Position numbers and translations under genes: made by a program. A DNA stretch of 64,000 nucleotides, from contig JAQIBS010000018.1 of the NCBI GenBank assembly GCA_027858965.1, positions 18,550 through 82,549 of the forward strand, in the 5' to 3' direction. A model generated the notes under the pieces. The model ran no database searches. It was not told where the DNA came from and saw only the letters and a list, made by a program, of their open reading frames with translations. Source of the DNA: Kiritimatiellia bacterium. GTDB taxonomy: Bacteria; Verrucomicrobiota; Kiritimatiellia; RFP12; UBA1067. Positions 30,964 through 39,787 of this stretch are shown piece after piece; position 1 is the first letter of the stretch; the number at the start of each line of letters is the position of its first letter.

Positions 30964-31034
30964 CCACGGTGTAACGGCGGATATACTGTATGGTTCGGTA
31001 TGTTCGCCGCTATGCGGCGGATGTATAAATAATC
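30964..31034. promoter_or_regulatory. Upstream element 'ccacggtgtaacggcggatatac...gtatgttcgccgc'. A related element sits at 14649-14704 upstream of the fucosidase gene.
   Basis: Sequence comparison. 14649-14704 forms a 16-bp inverted repeat caccgtgtaacgccgg / ccgccgttacacggtg. Confidence 0.4.
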
Positions 31035-31067
31035 ATGCTATGGATAAGTCCTGTCAAAGGAGAAATT

Positions 31068-32369
31068 ATGAAAATTAAATCCAGAAATATTATGATGGCA
31101 TCTTTTGCCATGATGGCATTTGCAATACAAGCGGCACCTATACCGGTCGATGCAATCTACTGTGATCCTGGTTTTGTGACTGGAGTTGCAGCCACAAATC
31201 GACAGAACCTCGTATATATTGCGGTTAGCAATGATGGGTATCAGGTGACAGGTGCCGTTTGTACTGAATGTACCTCTACCCGACGTGGAGGAACAACAAA
31301 CGACCTTCCTGCTTCTTCTTCTGCTGCTTTGAGCGGAGTTATATTAACTCATGTGGTTATCGATAGTTCCAACGGGGCCAAGTTCGATCTGGGTGTGACC
31401 ATTACAAATGATAATACGGGAATCGTTCTTGGTGAGATTGGCGCTTCTAATCAGACATCCGGAGACCCGATCAATGTCTACCCTCTGATAAATGGGATTC
31501 GTGTAGGAAACTGGGTGCGCCGGATCACAGCGGTAGATTACGGAATGTTTAATGCTAAGCCTTTCAGGGTGGATCGAAGTGATGGTATTCTGAATCAGAC
31601 ATTAATACCATTTTTGACTACCTTCCGACACAGTGATTTCACTAATGATACCGGTGCTCTATCATTCGATGGCATAGAAATCAATGATACCAGCAATTAT
31701 GATCCGAATATTGTCGCTGTATTTGGGGAAGCCTTAACACTCGTGACCAACAAACTGCCTGTAACCGCAATGACATTCTCTCCTGGATTTGATGAAAATC
31801 CGGAGCTGGATGGTCAGGTTCTGAAATCTATTACTACTGATGAGGGTACTTTTAGTAATATTGAGGGGTTGAGATGTGTAAGCGCCGGTGGTTCAAAATT
31901 CGGAGCTGTAAATGAAGGTGTGCCGGACCATGCCACCAATGCACTCAGTGAACTCCGATTCACCCAGGGCTCTGCCAATGTAGGCACTGCCGATTGGATT
32001 CTTGATGCGGTAGTTAATGGATCCGATTCTAATCTTCGCTTCTTTTTTGGAGAGATATCTGTATATACTTCCGTAAATCCGGATTCTGTTACAATAACTC
32101 CTTTTGTTGATGGGGTGCTTTTCAGCGATAAAACGCTTGTCATTGAATCGGGCGATTATGGAACTCCCAGCCCTGTTTGGGATAACACATACGTTAGTTT
32201 GTTTGTGGGCACTATGGTCTCATTTTCTCTTAATGATTTCCTTGACGGTGTGTTTGATGAGCCGCTTACCAACGTTACCGGTTTCCGGGTATATAGTTCA
32301 ACTGCTGATCCAAATATCTTCGGGACATATAAAATACCGTTTCCAGGAACAATCATAGTTGTTTATTAA
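31068..32369 (+). CDS. Secreted hypothetical protein, paralog B of the tandem pair. C-terminus is ...GTIIVVY.
   Basis: Start at ATG 31068 after AAGGAG. Signal peptide 'MMAFAIQAAPIPV'. 'CTECT'. Same two-domain architecture as 29618..30946. Confidence 0.5.
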   Translation: MKIKSRNIMMASFAMMAFAIQAAPIPVDAIYCDPGFVTGVAATNRQNLVYIAVSNDGYQVTGAVCTECTSTRRGGTTNDLPASSSAALSGVILTHVVIDSSNGAKFDLGVTITNDNTGIVLGEIGASNQTSGDPINVYPLINGIRVGNWVRRITAVDYGMFNAKPFRVDRSDGILNQTLIPFLTTFRHSDFTNDTGALSFDGIEINDTSNYDPNIVAVFGEALTLVTNKLPVTAMTFSPGFDENPELDGQVLKSITTDEGTFSNIEGLRCVSAGGSKFGAVNEGVPDHATNALSELRFTQGSANVGTADWILDAVVNGSDSNLRFFFGEISVYTSVNPDSVTITPFVDGVLFSDKTLVIESGDYGTPSPVWDNTYVSLFVGTMVSFSLNDFLDGVFDEPLTNVTGFRVYSSTADPNIFGTYKIPFPGTIIVVY

Positions 32370-32465
32370 TGATTTTTATATGAAGAAGTCAGAGTTGTAG
32401 GATGTGCCTTTCGAAGAGGGCGCGTATGTTGGATAACACTGTGTTTTGAAAAAAAGGAATGAATT

Positions 32466-33338
32466 ATGAAAATTGAAATGTTATTACCCGCGGTTTTACT
32501 TCCGCTTATGCTCCTCTGTTCATGCAGGACAGTTTGTAATGATTCTGCTCAGGATGGTTTGCCCAAAGGTAAAAAGTGGAAGCTGGTATGGAGTGATGAG
32601 TTTAACGGAACTGAGCTTGATAAAACCAAGTGGGGGTTCCGCCGTCATCTGATTCAGCAGAAGCATGATACCTTCTGCGGAGAAGAGGGCGTTCAGCTGG
32701 ATGGCAAGGGCTTTATCCATTTGAATCTGATTGAAAAAGATGGACAGTTCTACTCACCGCACATGCAGACCGGTGAGAATTTTCTGGATCGTCCGGGTGA
32801 TAAACCCTACAGCCGCTTCCTCTGGCCTGTTGCGGAGATGAAACCGGCTAAATTTACGCATAGCTACGGTTACTATGAAATTCGCTGCAAGCTGCAGAAA
32901 AAACCCGGCTGGTGGTCTGCATTCTGGTTGCAGTCGCCTATTATTGGGGCTTCACTTGATGCTGAGAAAACCGGTGTTGAAATTGATATTATGGAGAATT
33001 TCACCCGCGATGGAAAAGTATCTTCTAACATCCACTGGGGTGGATATGCCAAGAATCACGAACATAAGGGCTCTGGACATATACAGCTGGATTCACAGGA
33101 TGGTTTTCGTACCTATGGTCTTGACTGGTCAAAGGATGGTTACACCTTTTATATTGACGGAGAGGTCAGCTGGAAAGCCGATGGACCGGTCTCGGATGTT
33201 GAACAGTTTATTCTGATTTCAACGGAATGCATGGGGTATCGCCAGTCAAAGGATAAACCCTCGCCGAAGTTAAAGAAGGAAAATCTGCCGGATGCTTTTG
33301 TTGTCGATTACGTCCGCGTTTACGATGAAGTGGAATAG
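32466..33338 (+). CDS. Glycoside hydrolase family 16 (beta-glucanase/laminarinase-like) lipoprotein.
   Basis: 'WKLVWSDEFNG' and the catalytic 'EIDIME' motif. Lipobox 'LLCSC'. Confidence 0.8.
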   Translation: MKIEMLLPAVLLPLMLLCSCRTVCNDSAQDGLPKGKKWKLVWSDEFNGTELDKTKWGFRRHLIQQKHDTFCGEEGVQLDGKGFIHLNLIEKDGQFYSPHMQTGENFLDRPGDKPYSRFLWPVAEMKPAKFTHSYGYYEIRCKLQKKPGWWSAFWLQSPIIGASLDAEKTGVEIDIMENFTRDGKVSSNIHWGGYAKNHEHKGSGHIQLDSQDGFRTYGLDWSKDGYTFYIDGEVSWKADGPVSDVEQFILISTECMGYRQSKDKPSPKLKKENLPDAFVVDYVRVYDEVE

Positions 33339-33482
33339 TTGTTGAACGTCCACAACAGCCACCAAATTCGTTTTTTGACAGGATTACAGGATTAACAGGA
33401 TTGGACTCAATGGCTATTAATCATGTGAATCATGTAATCCTGTCCAGAAGTTTATATTATACAGTGCACTAGGGGGAATATT

Positions 33483-36122
33483 ATGAAGTTAATTGCGTTA
33501 ATAAATATGATTGCGGTTTTATCCGTATCTGCTTCGGTTCAATGGAGTTTTGAAAAAAAAGAAATTGAGCTTGGGGGTACGTTCGGTGTCGAATCCCGTG
33601 GCGAGCAACCGGTTTTTACAAATGAGGTTTTCAGTAAGCAGATCTTTGATGGTAGCACTTTTACCTCGCTGCAGGAAAATAATCAGCGTTCGCTTTACTT
33701 TAAGCCTACAGTAGTAACAGGGAGCGTTGCTCCTGCCGGTGGCGAACTGACAGTTGACGGCGCGAAGAAAGAGCTGCACCTTAAAACTCTGACTGTTGAA
33801 GCTTTTGTCCGGGTCGAAAAACAGCAGAAAATGTATGCTCTGATTGCCAGTAAGCGCAGGAGCAATGGTTGCACCTGGAGTATGTCGGTCACACCTGATG
33901 GTGTTTTCAGTGTCAGGCTGGATACGCAGCCAGGACCCTCCGGTCCTGGATTCAATTTCACTGTGTCTAGCGGCGCCCTTGTGAATGATGGTCTCTGGCA
34001 TCATGTCGCCATGGTCTTTAATCACGAGAACCAGCAATGCGCACTTTATGTTGATTACAAAGAGGCCAAGAGCACAACATTACAGGGGCCGCTTGTATAC
34101 GATAATGGAGTTTTTACCATTGGTCGCGGTCTTAACGGCTGGATAGATGAAGTCCGTATCAGCGATAAGCCGCTTCATCCCGAGCAGTTTCTGCGTAAAA
34201 CAAAGTTCTTTTCCGACTCTATATCCAAAAAGAAAAGCAGTTACCCTGATGTGATGGTCGACCTCACCCGCACCCGTGTGCAGAGCCCGGCAGTCCTGGA
34301 CTGGAAGAAGATCGGTACGCTCAAACCGAAAACAGTTGATGAGATACCCGGTGATTTCTGGTCGCTCGGCTGTGAGACTCTTGATCGTGATCTTGCTGAT
34401 TGGGATGCTTACAAAGGTTACCTTAAGTACCTCGGTATCAAACGTATTCGCCTGCAAGGCGGTTGGAACAAGACTGAAAAGGAAAAAGGCGTTTATGATT
34501 TTGAGTGGCTTGATCATATTGTGGATAGCGCCCATGATCTTGGAATCAAGGTCTGTCTGGAAACCTCTTATGGCAATAGACTCTATAATCCCCATGCCGG
34601 GCTCGGTCCCGGTGGATATCTTCCCGCCGGTGAGGAACTTGAGGCTTGGGATAAGTGGGTAACCGCCATGGTCAAACACTATCAGCCTAAGGGTGTTGAT
34701 GAGTGGATGATGTACAACGAGCCCAATCTGAAAAGCAAGTCCAACACTGTTGAAAGAATTGTGGCAAACAATGGACGCACAGCCGCCATTATCAAAAGCA
34801 TTGATCCTGATGCTAAGATCGGCGGTCTGGTCTGTGCTGGACTCAACACATCTCTCATAGAAAAGTGGGCTAAAGGGCTGAAAGAAAAAGATCAGCTTAA
34901 ATATTTTACATGGGTGATCTATCACGGTTATGCCGCTAACCCTGATGCGCTCAATACAGGTATGCGTAAAGCCAAGGCAATGTTGCATGAATACTCTCCA
35001 ACCTTGAAACTCTGGCAGGGAGAGGCCGGGTGCGCCTCTGAACCAGTGCAGTATGCTCTCTCAGGTGTTGAATGGACTGAGCTTTCGCACGCCAAGTGGA
35101 ATGCACGGCGCATGCTCTGTGATTTCGGCGTGGGAATTGAATCAACTGTGTTTACAATTTCCGATCTCGCCTACCATAAGAATTTCATCTCCCGTTATGG
35201 TCTGATCAAAACTAATCCTGATAACTCGATTATTAAAGTTAAAACCGTTTTCTATGTAGTCAATAACATCGTTTCAGTTTTTAATGATTCCGTTGCAATT
35301 AATAATGACTGTAAATTTGAGATAGAAGCTCAGGATAAGATCACGCGTTTTGCGTTTAAGGATAAAAAGAGCGGTTATGACTTGATAGCTTTCTGGGATG
35401 GATCCGATCTTCCTGAAAATACATGTGAGCTTGGTTCAGCTGTGGTTAAGGTAGAAAATCTGAAAATGGATACGCCGGTCTGGGTTGATATGTTGACCAG
35501 TAGGATCTATGAGATTCCTGCAGCGAACATCTCTAAGCAGGGCAGTGTTACCATTATCAAGGATGTTCCTTATCTCGACTCGCCTATTGCTCTGACAGAT
35601 CTCTCTGTGCTCACCTATGTTGAGGCGCGCAAGTCCAAGGGTGCCGCTGTACGCAAAAGAAAGAAGAAGAGTGCTGTTAAGGTGGCTGAGGTGCCGATGC
35701 GTAACTTTAAACTTTTCGGTTCGCAGAAACCGGCTCCGGCTGTTATTATTGTTGAAGGGTCTGGCGTAAATGCCAGCTGGGCTGATGCTGCAGCTGAGTG
35801 GCTGCGGGAAAATGAGATTCATGCCTTTGTATTGAGCGGTGAAAAAAACTCTCTTAAGGATGCCGTAAAGTATCTCAAATCAATGAGTATGGCATGGTCC
35901 GTTGATCCTAAACAGATTGGAGTTCTGGGCGCTTCCTCTCTTACAAAGAGCTATAAGGAAGCTGGTGCCAATTTTGTTGTAAATATTGATCAGCCTGCAA
36001 ATGCAGATAAAAAAAATACATTATTTGCAGTTGATGCAAATAATGATAAGTTTGATCTTAAAGCATTATGGCTTAAGGATCTTTTGAAATGGATTGAACC
36101 ACGTAAAACAAAGGTGTTTTAA
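33483..36122 (+). CDS. Multidomain secreted glycoside hydrolase: N-terminal LamG/concanavalin-like domain plus a clan GH-A TIM barrel.
   Basis: 'LWHHVAMVF...LYVDY' is LamG-like. 'MMYNEPNLKS' looks like a GH-A acid/base motif. Start after AGGGGGAA. Confidence 0.4.
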   Translation: MKLIALINMIAVLSVSASVQWSFEKKEIELGGTFGVESRGEQPVFTNEVFSKQIFDGSTFTSLQENNQRSLYFKPTVVTGSVAPAGGELTVDGAKKELHLKTLTVEAFVRVEKQQKMYALIASKRRSNGCTWSMSVTPDGVFSVRLDTQPGPSGPGFNFTVSSGALVNDGLWHHVAMVFNHENQQCALYVDYKEAKSTTLQGPLVYDNGVFTIGRGLNGWIDEVRISDKPLHPEQFLRKTKFFSDSISKKKSSYPDVMVDLTRTRVQSPAVLDWKKIGTLKPKTVDEIPGDFWSLGCETLDRDLADWDAYKGYLKYLGIKRIRLQGGWNKTEKEKGVYDFEWLDHIVDSAHDLGIKVCLETSYGNRLYNPHAGLGPGGYLPAGEELEAWDKWVTAMVKHYQPKGVDEWMMYNEPNLKSKSNTVERIVANNGRTAAIIKSIDPDAKIGGLVCAGLNTSLIEKWAKGLKEKDQLKYFTWVIYHGYAANPDALNTGMRKAKAMLHEYSPTLKLWQGEAGCASEPVQYALSGVEWTELSHAKWNARRMLCDFGVGIESTVFTISDLAYHKNFISRYGLIKTNPDNSIIKVKTVFYVVNNIVSVFNDSVAINNDCKFEIEAQDKITRFAFKDKKSGYDLIAFWDGSDLPENTCELGSAVVKVENLKMDTPVWVDMLTSRIYEIPAANISKQGSVTIIKDVPYLDSPIALTDLSVLTYVEARKSKGAAVRKRKKKSAVKVAEVPMRNFKLFGSQKPAPAVIIVEGSGVNASWADAAAEWLRENEIHAFVLSGEKNSLKDAVKYLKSMSMAWSVDPKQIGVLGASSLTKSYKEAGANFVVNIDQPANADKKNTLFAVDANNDKFDLKALWLKDLLKWIEPRKTKVF

Positions 36123-36901
36123 TGAATAATTTTAAAGGTAAGATTGTCTTGGTAACCGGTTCCAACCAGAATACAGGATTGGAAATTGCGGCGAGGTTTA
36201 TGGATGAGGGTGCACAGGTTATTATAACCGGTTCATCATCTGAAAAGACGGAAAAGGGGATATCCAAGCTGCGTGAACGCGGTTATTCAGATTTTACCGG
36301 GTGTCCGGCTGATATAAGATCACTCTCTGATGTCAAAGCTCTCTTTTCAATGATTAAAGAGAAATTCGGACGCCTAGATGTGTTGGTAAATAATGCCTGT
36401 AATCAGGGGATTGGAGCTTCTTTTATTGATATGGACCCTGATTTCTTTTTAAATGTTATCAAGACAAATCTGCTGGGAACCTTTCAGGTATCCCAGCAGG
36501 CTGTATGCATGATGCTGAAGCAGGAATCAAAAGGGGTTATTGTCAATCTGGGTTCCAATACTTCTACCCGTTCAATTAGAAATCGTACAGCCTATGTTGC
36601 GTCCAAGGGCGGACTTGATTCCCTGACCCGCTCCATGGCACTGGATCTGGCTCCAAAGGGTATCCGTGTTAATATGGTTGCACCTGGTTATATCTACACA
36701 GATCGCTGGGATGTACTTGATGAGGATATCAAGAAAAGACGGCGTACCAATATGCCTTGCGGAGTTGAATCAACCGGTAGAGATGTCGCCAATGCAGTGC
36801 TCTTTTTTGCATCGGATCAGGCCAAAACAATCTGCGGTGAGCGCATGGTGGTTGATTCCGGATGCACTATCCAGCTGGCGCCGGTTGATGTTGATATTTA
36901 A
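36122..36901 (+). CDS. Short-chain dehydrogenase/reductase (SDR).
   Basis: 'VLVTGSNQNTGLEIA', 'NNAC', 'YVASKGGLDSL', 'PGYIYTD'. Confidence 0.8.
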   Translation: MNNFKGKIVLVTGSNQNTGLEIAARFMDEGAQVIITGSSSEKTEKGISKLRERGYSDFTGCPADIRSLSDVKALFSMIKEKFGRLDVLVNNACNQGIGASFIDMDPDFFLNVIKTNLLGTFQVSQQAVCMMLKQESKGVIVNLGSNTSTRSIRNRTAYVASKGGLDSLTRSMALDLAPKGIRVNMVAPGYIYTDRWDVLDEDIKKRRRTNMPCGVESTGRDVANAVLFFASDQAKTICGERMVVDSGCTIQLAPVDVDI

Positions 36902-36974
36902 TTACTGCGCTCAATAGTCGCAGTTGATGAATGATAACTCTGGTAAGAGTGTTCAGCGTAGGTCCGGTATATTA

Positions 36975-37005
36975 CCGGACTGGCAATCGTAGGTCCGGTT
37001 TTTTA
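36975..37005 (+). terminator. Rho-independent terminator.
   Basis: 'ccggactggcaatcgtaggtccgg tttttt'. Confidence 0.6.
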
Positions 37006-37056
37006 CCTGACTCTACCGACGCAATCGGAATCTATAGCATCTTTTAAGGAAACTAA

Positions 37057-38355
37057 ATGGTCGAAAATCATAAATCCAAGTATAAATGGGAGCTGCTTGT
37101 GCTTCTCTCATTTGCATTTTTTACACATCAGGCCGGGCGTGCGGTTCTTGGTGTTGTATTGCCGCAGATTAAAGAGAGTCTCAATATTACCAGCAACAGC
37201 GACATGGGCCTTGTTTCCAGTGTTCTCTCGGTTGTGCTGGCTTTCATGATTCCTTTATCCGGCTTTATGGGGGACCGGTTGAGCCGTAAATGGATTATTA
37301 CATTTACTCTCATTATCGGTAGCGCTGCAACGGCTCTGGCCGGTGCGGCGGTCGGCCTGATAACGCTGATTCTATTTTACAGTGTAACATCTGCCAGTTG
37401 TGAAGCTCTTTATGCGCCGTCAGGATATTCACTTCTGGCATCCTTTCATAAGAATACACGTGCCATTGCCATGTCAATCCATCAGTCGGCACTCTATATC
37501 GGAGTGATGACTTGCGGAGTTCTCTCTGGTGTCATAGCTGAGGCATGGGGTTGGCGCTGGGCTTTCGCTGCCTTTGGCAGTTTCGGAGTGCTTCTGGGTT
37601 TCATCTGTATCTTTCGCCTTAAAGATGTGCCCCATGATATTGTTCATGGAGATAATGTTGCCAAACCGACAATATTAGAGTCGGTTAAAGTGCTTGTTAC
37701 AACACCAAGTGCAATTCTGCTGACGCTCGGGTTTACTTCCATTGTTTTTGTTAATAACACCTATTGCACCTGGGCACCGCTCTTTGTTCAGAATAAATTT
37801 GGTCTTTCTCTGGCAAAATCGGGAGCCTGTGTTTTTACCTACCACTATCTTGCTGCATTAATCACCATTATACTGGGTGGTTTGATAACAGATCGAATTG
37901 TCTCTAAAGATCCTTATTTCCGTTTGAAGCTGCAGACCTTTGCTCTCTTGATTGGCGCTCCTATGATCTACATGATCGGGGCATCCTCAAGTGTGACTGG
38001 CGTATGGATCTTTATGGCAGCCTATGGCGTATTCCGTGGCCTCTTTGAAGTGAACACCCATACATCACTTTTTGATGTTGTTGCCCCTCGTTACCGTGCC
38101 ACAGCTGTCGGCCTTATGACCATGACCGGTTTTCTGCTGGGTGGTACGGTTGGTCCACTGATGGTTGGCAAGCTGATGGATCACTATGGATCGGAACATG
38201 GCGTCGTTATCGGATTCCGTATTATGGCTCTGACATATGTACTGGGATCAATAGCAATGTTCATCTCATGGAAGTTTACTTTTAAACGCGACCGCATTGA
38301 AGAACCGACGGATATGACTGGTGATTTGTCTGCGGCTCAGGCAATACAGGATTAA
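37057..38355 (+). CDS. MFS transporter.
   Basis: 'GFMGDRLSRKW' matches the MFS G-x-L-x-D-R-x-G-R-K motif. Twelve hydrophobic segments. Confidence 0.75.
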   Translation: MVENHKSKYKWELLVLLSFAFFTHQAGRAVLGVVLPQIKESLNITSNSDMGLVSSVLSVVLAFMIPLSGFMGDRLSRKWIITFTLIIGSAATALAGAAVGLITLILFYSVTSASCEALYAPSGYSLLASFHKNTRAIAMSIHQSALYIGVMTCGVLSGVIAEAWGWRWAFAAFGSFGVLLGFICIFRLKDVPHDIVHGDNVAKPTILESVKVLVTTPSAILLTLGFTSIVFVNNTYCTWAPLFVQNKFGLSLAKSGACVFTYHYLAALITIILGGLITDRIVSKDPYFRLKLQTFALLIGAPMIYMIGASSSVTGVWIFMAAYGVFRGLFEVNTHTSLFDVVAPRYRATAVGLMTMTGFLLGGTVGPLMVGKLMDHYGSEHGVVIGFRIMALTYVLGSIAMFISWKFTFKRDRIEEPTDMTGDLSAAQAIQD

Positions 38356-38485
38356 CAGAATATTACTGCTCCAGGAATTAGCTCTCACGGAGTCGCAGAG
38401 AACACGGAGAGAAAACCACTAAAGATATTACTCTGTGAACTCTGGTTAAGCCAGCTGTGAGAGATAAAAAACGTACATAAAAAAC
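38347..38485. repeat. Left arm of an about 130-bp inverted repeat. Its partner is at 41507-41631. It overlaps the MFS stop codon and ends 14 bp before the dehydratase ATG.
   Basis: The reverse complement of 41507-41631 aligns at about 85% with two indels, e.g. 'aacacggagagaaaaccactaaagatattactctgtgaactctg' is identical. Confidence 0.8.
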
Positions 38486-38498
38486 ACGAGAATAAACT

Positions 38499-39668
38499 AT
38501 GAAAATTACCGGAATAAAAACTTTTGTCTGTAATGCCTACCGTACCAACTGGGTGTTTGTTAAGGTGCTTACCGATGAACCTGGACTCTTTGGCTGGGGT
38601 GAGGCAACCCTGGAATACAAAGAGGATACAATTGTCTCGGCCTGTCATGATCTTGAAAGAGATATGATCGGTAAAGACCCGAGAAATATCGAGGCCATCT
38701 GGCACAGCAACTATCGTGATGCCTACTGGCGTGGTGGTCCCGTACTGATGAGTGCCATCTCGGCCGTTGATATTGCTCTTTGGGATATCCTTGGTAAGAG
38801 TCTGAATGTGCCGGTCTGGCGTCTACTGGGCGGTAAAATGCGTGATAAGGTGCCCTGTTATGCCAATGGATGGTTTGCCGGGGCTGAAGAACCTGAAGAG
38901 TTTGGAGCAAAGGCCTTGGAGGCCGTTGAAAGTGCTGGTTGGAAGGGTCTCAAATGGGATCCGTTCGGATCTGCCTATCGGAATCTGGAACCAGCGGCAT
39001 TTCGTAAGGCTATGCGTTGCATTGATGAGGTCTGCAAAGCTGTTGATGGGCGTACTGAGATTTTGATTGAGGGACATGGACGTTTTGATCTGCCAACCGC
39101 CAAGCGTATTGCTCACGCGCTTGAGGATTATAATATTCTCTGGTTTGAAGAGCCTATTATTCCCGATACCATTGAGGCGATTGCCGATTTACGCAACAGT
39201 ACCAGCGTTCCACTCTCATTTGGCGAAAGGCTTTATGGTTCCTGGCAGTTCAGATCATTACTGGAAGCACGTGGCTCTGATTATGTTCAGCCGGATGTAT
39301 CGCATGCCGGGGGTATCACCGAGCTTCGTAAGATTGCTGCTGTTGCTGAAACACATCATATTCCGATCTGTCCTCATAATCCCAGTGGACCTGTTGCTAA
39401 CGCCGCCACTCTGCAGCTGGCGGCATCACAGCCAGGATTCTATCTGCTGGAGACAATGGCAACCGATGTGCCGTGGCGTGCGGAGATCTGTAATGAAGAG
39501 GTACGTTTTGATGATGGCTGTATGTATATCAATGATAAACCCGGCCTGGGGGTTGATATCAATGAAGAGGCGATAGCTAATTATCCTTATGAACCAATTT
39601 CTCTGCGGCACTATAAGGGTACTCTTACGCATATCCGTCCTGATAACGCCACCTCATATTTCAAGTAG
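38499..39668 (+). CDS. Enolase-superfamily sugar-acid dehydratase (D-galactonate / D-mannonate dehydratase-like).
   Basis: 'MKITGIKTFVCNAYRTNWVFVKVLTDEPGLFGWGEATLEYKE' N-terminus is typical of the DgoD/ManD group. Mandelate racemase/muconate lactonizing enzyme (MR/MLE) fold. Confidence 0.75.
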   Translation: MKITGIKTFVCNAYRTNWVFVKVLTDEPGLFGWGEATLEYKEDTIVSACHDLERDMIGKDPRNIEAIWHSNYRDAYWRGGPVLMSAISAVDIALWDILGKSLNVPVWRLLGGKMRDKVPCYANGWFAGAEEPEEFGAKALEAVESAGWKGLKWDPFGSAYRNLEPAAFRKAMRCIDEVCKAVDGRTEILIEGHGRFDLPTAKRIAHALEDYNILWFEEPIIPDTIEAIADLRNSTSVPLSFGERLYGSWQFRSLLEARGSDYVQPDVSHAGGITELRKIAAVAETHHIPICPHNPSGPVANAATLQLAASQPGFYLLETMATDVPWRAEICNEEVRFDDGCMYINDKPGLGVDINEEAIANYPYEPISLRHYKGTLTHIRPDNATSYFK

Positions 39669-39787
39669 TGTATTGATTTTTGCTCTTTTGAACGTTAAAA
39701 TAATGCCATTACATTGTTAAAAGTTGTTTTAGTTTAACGGAACTATGATCTGATGGCATGAGTTTTGAATAAGAAGGGGTAAAAATT

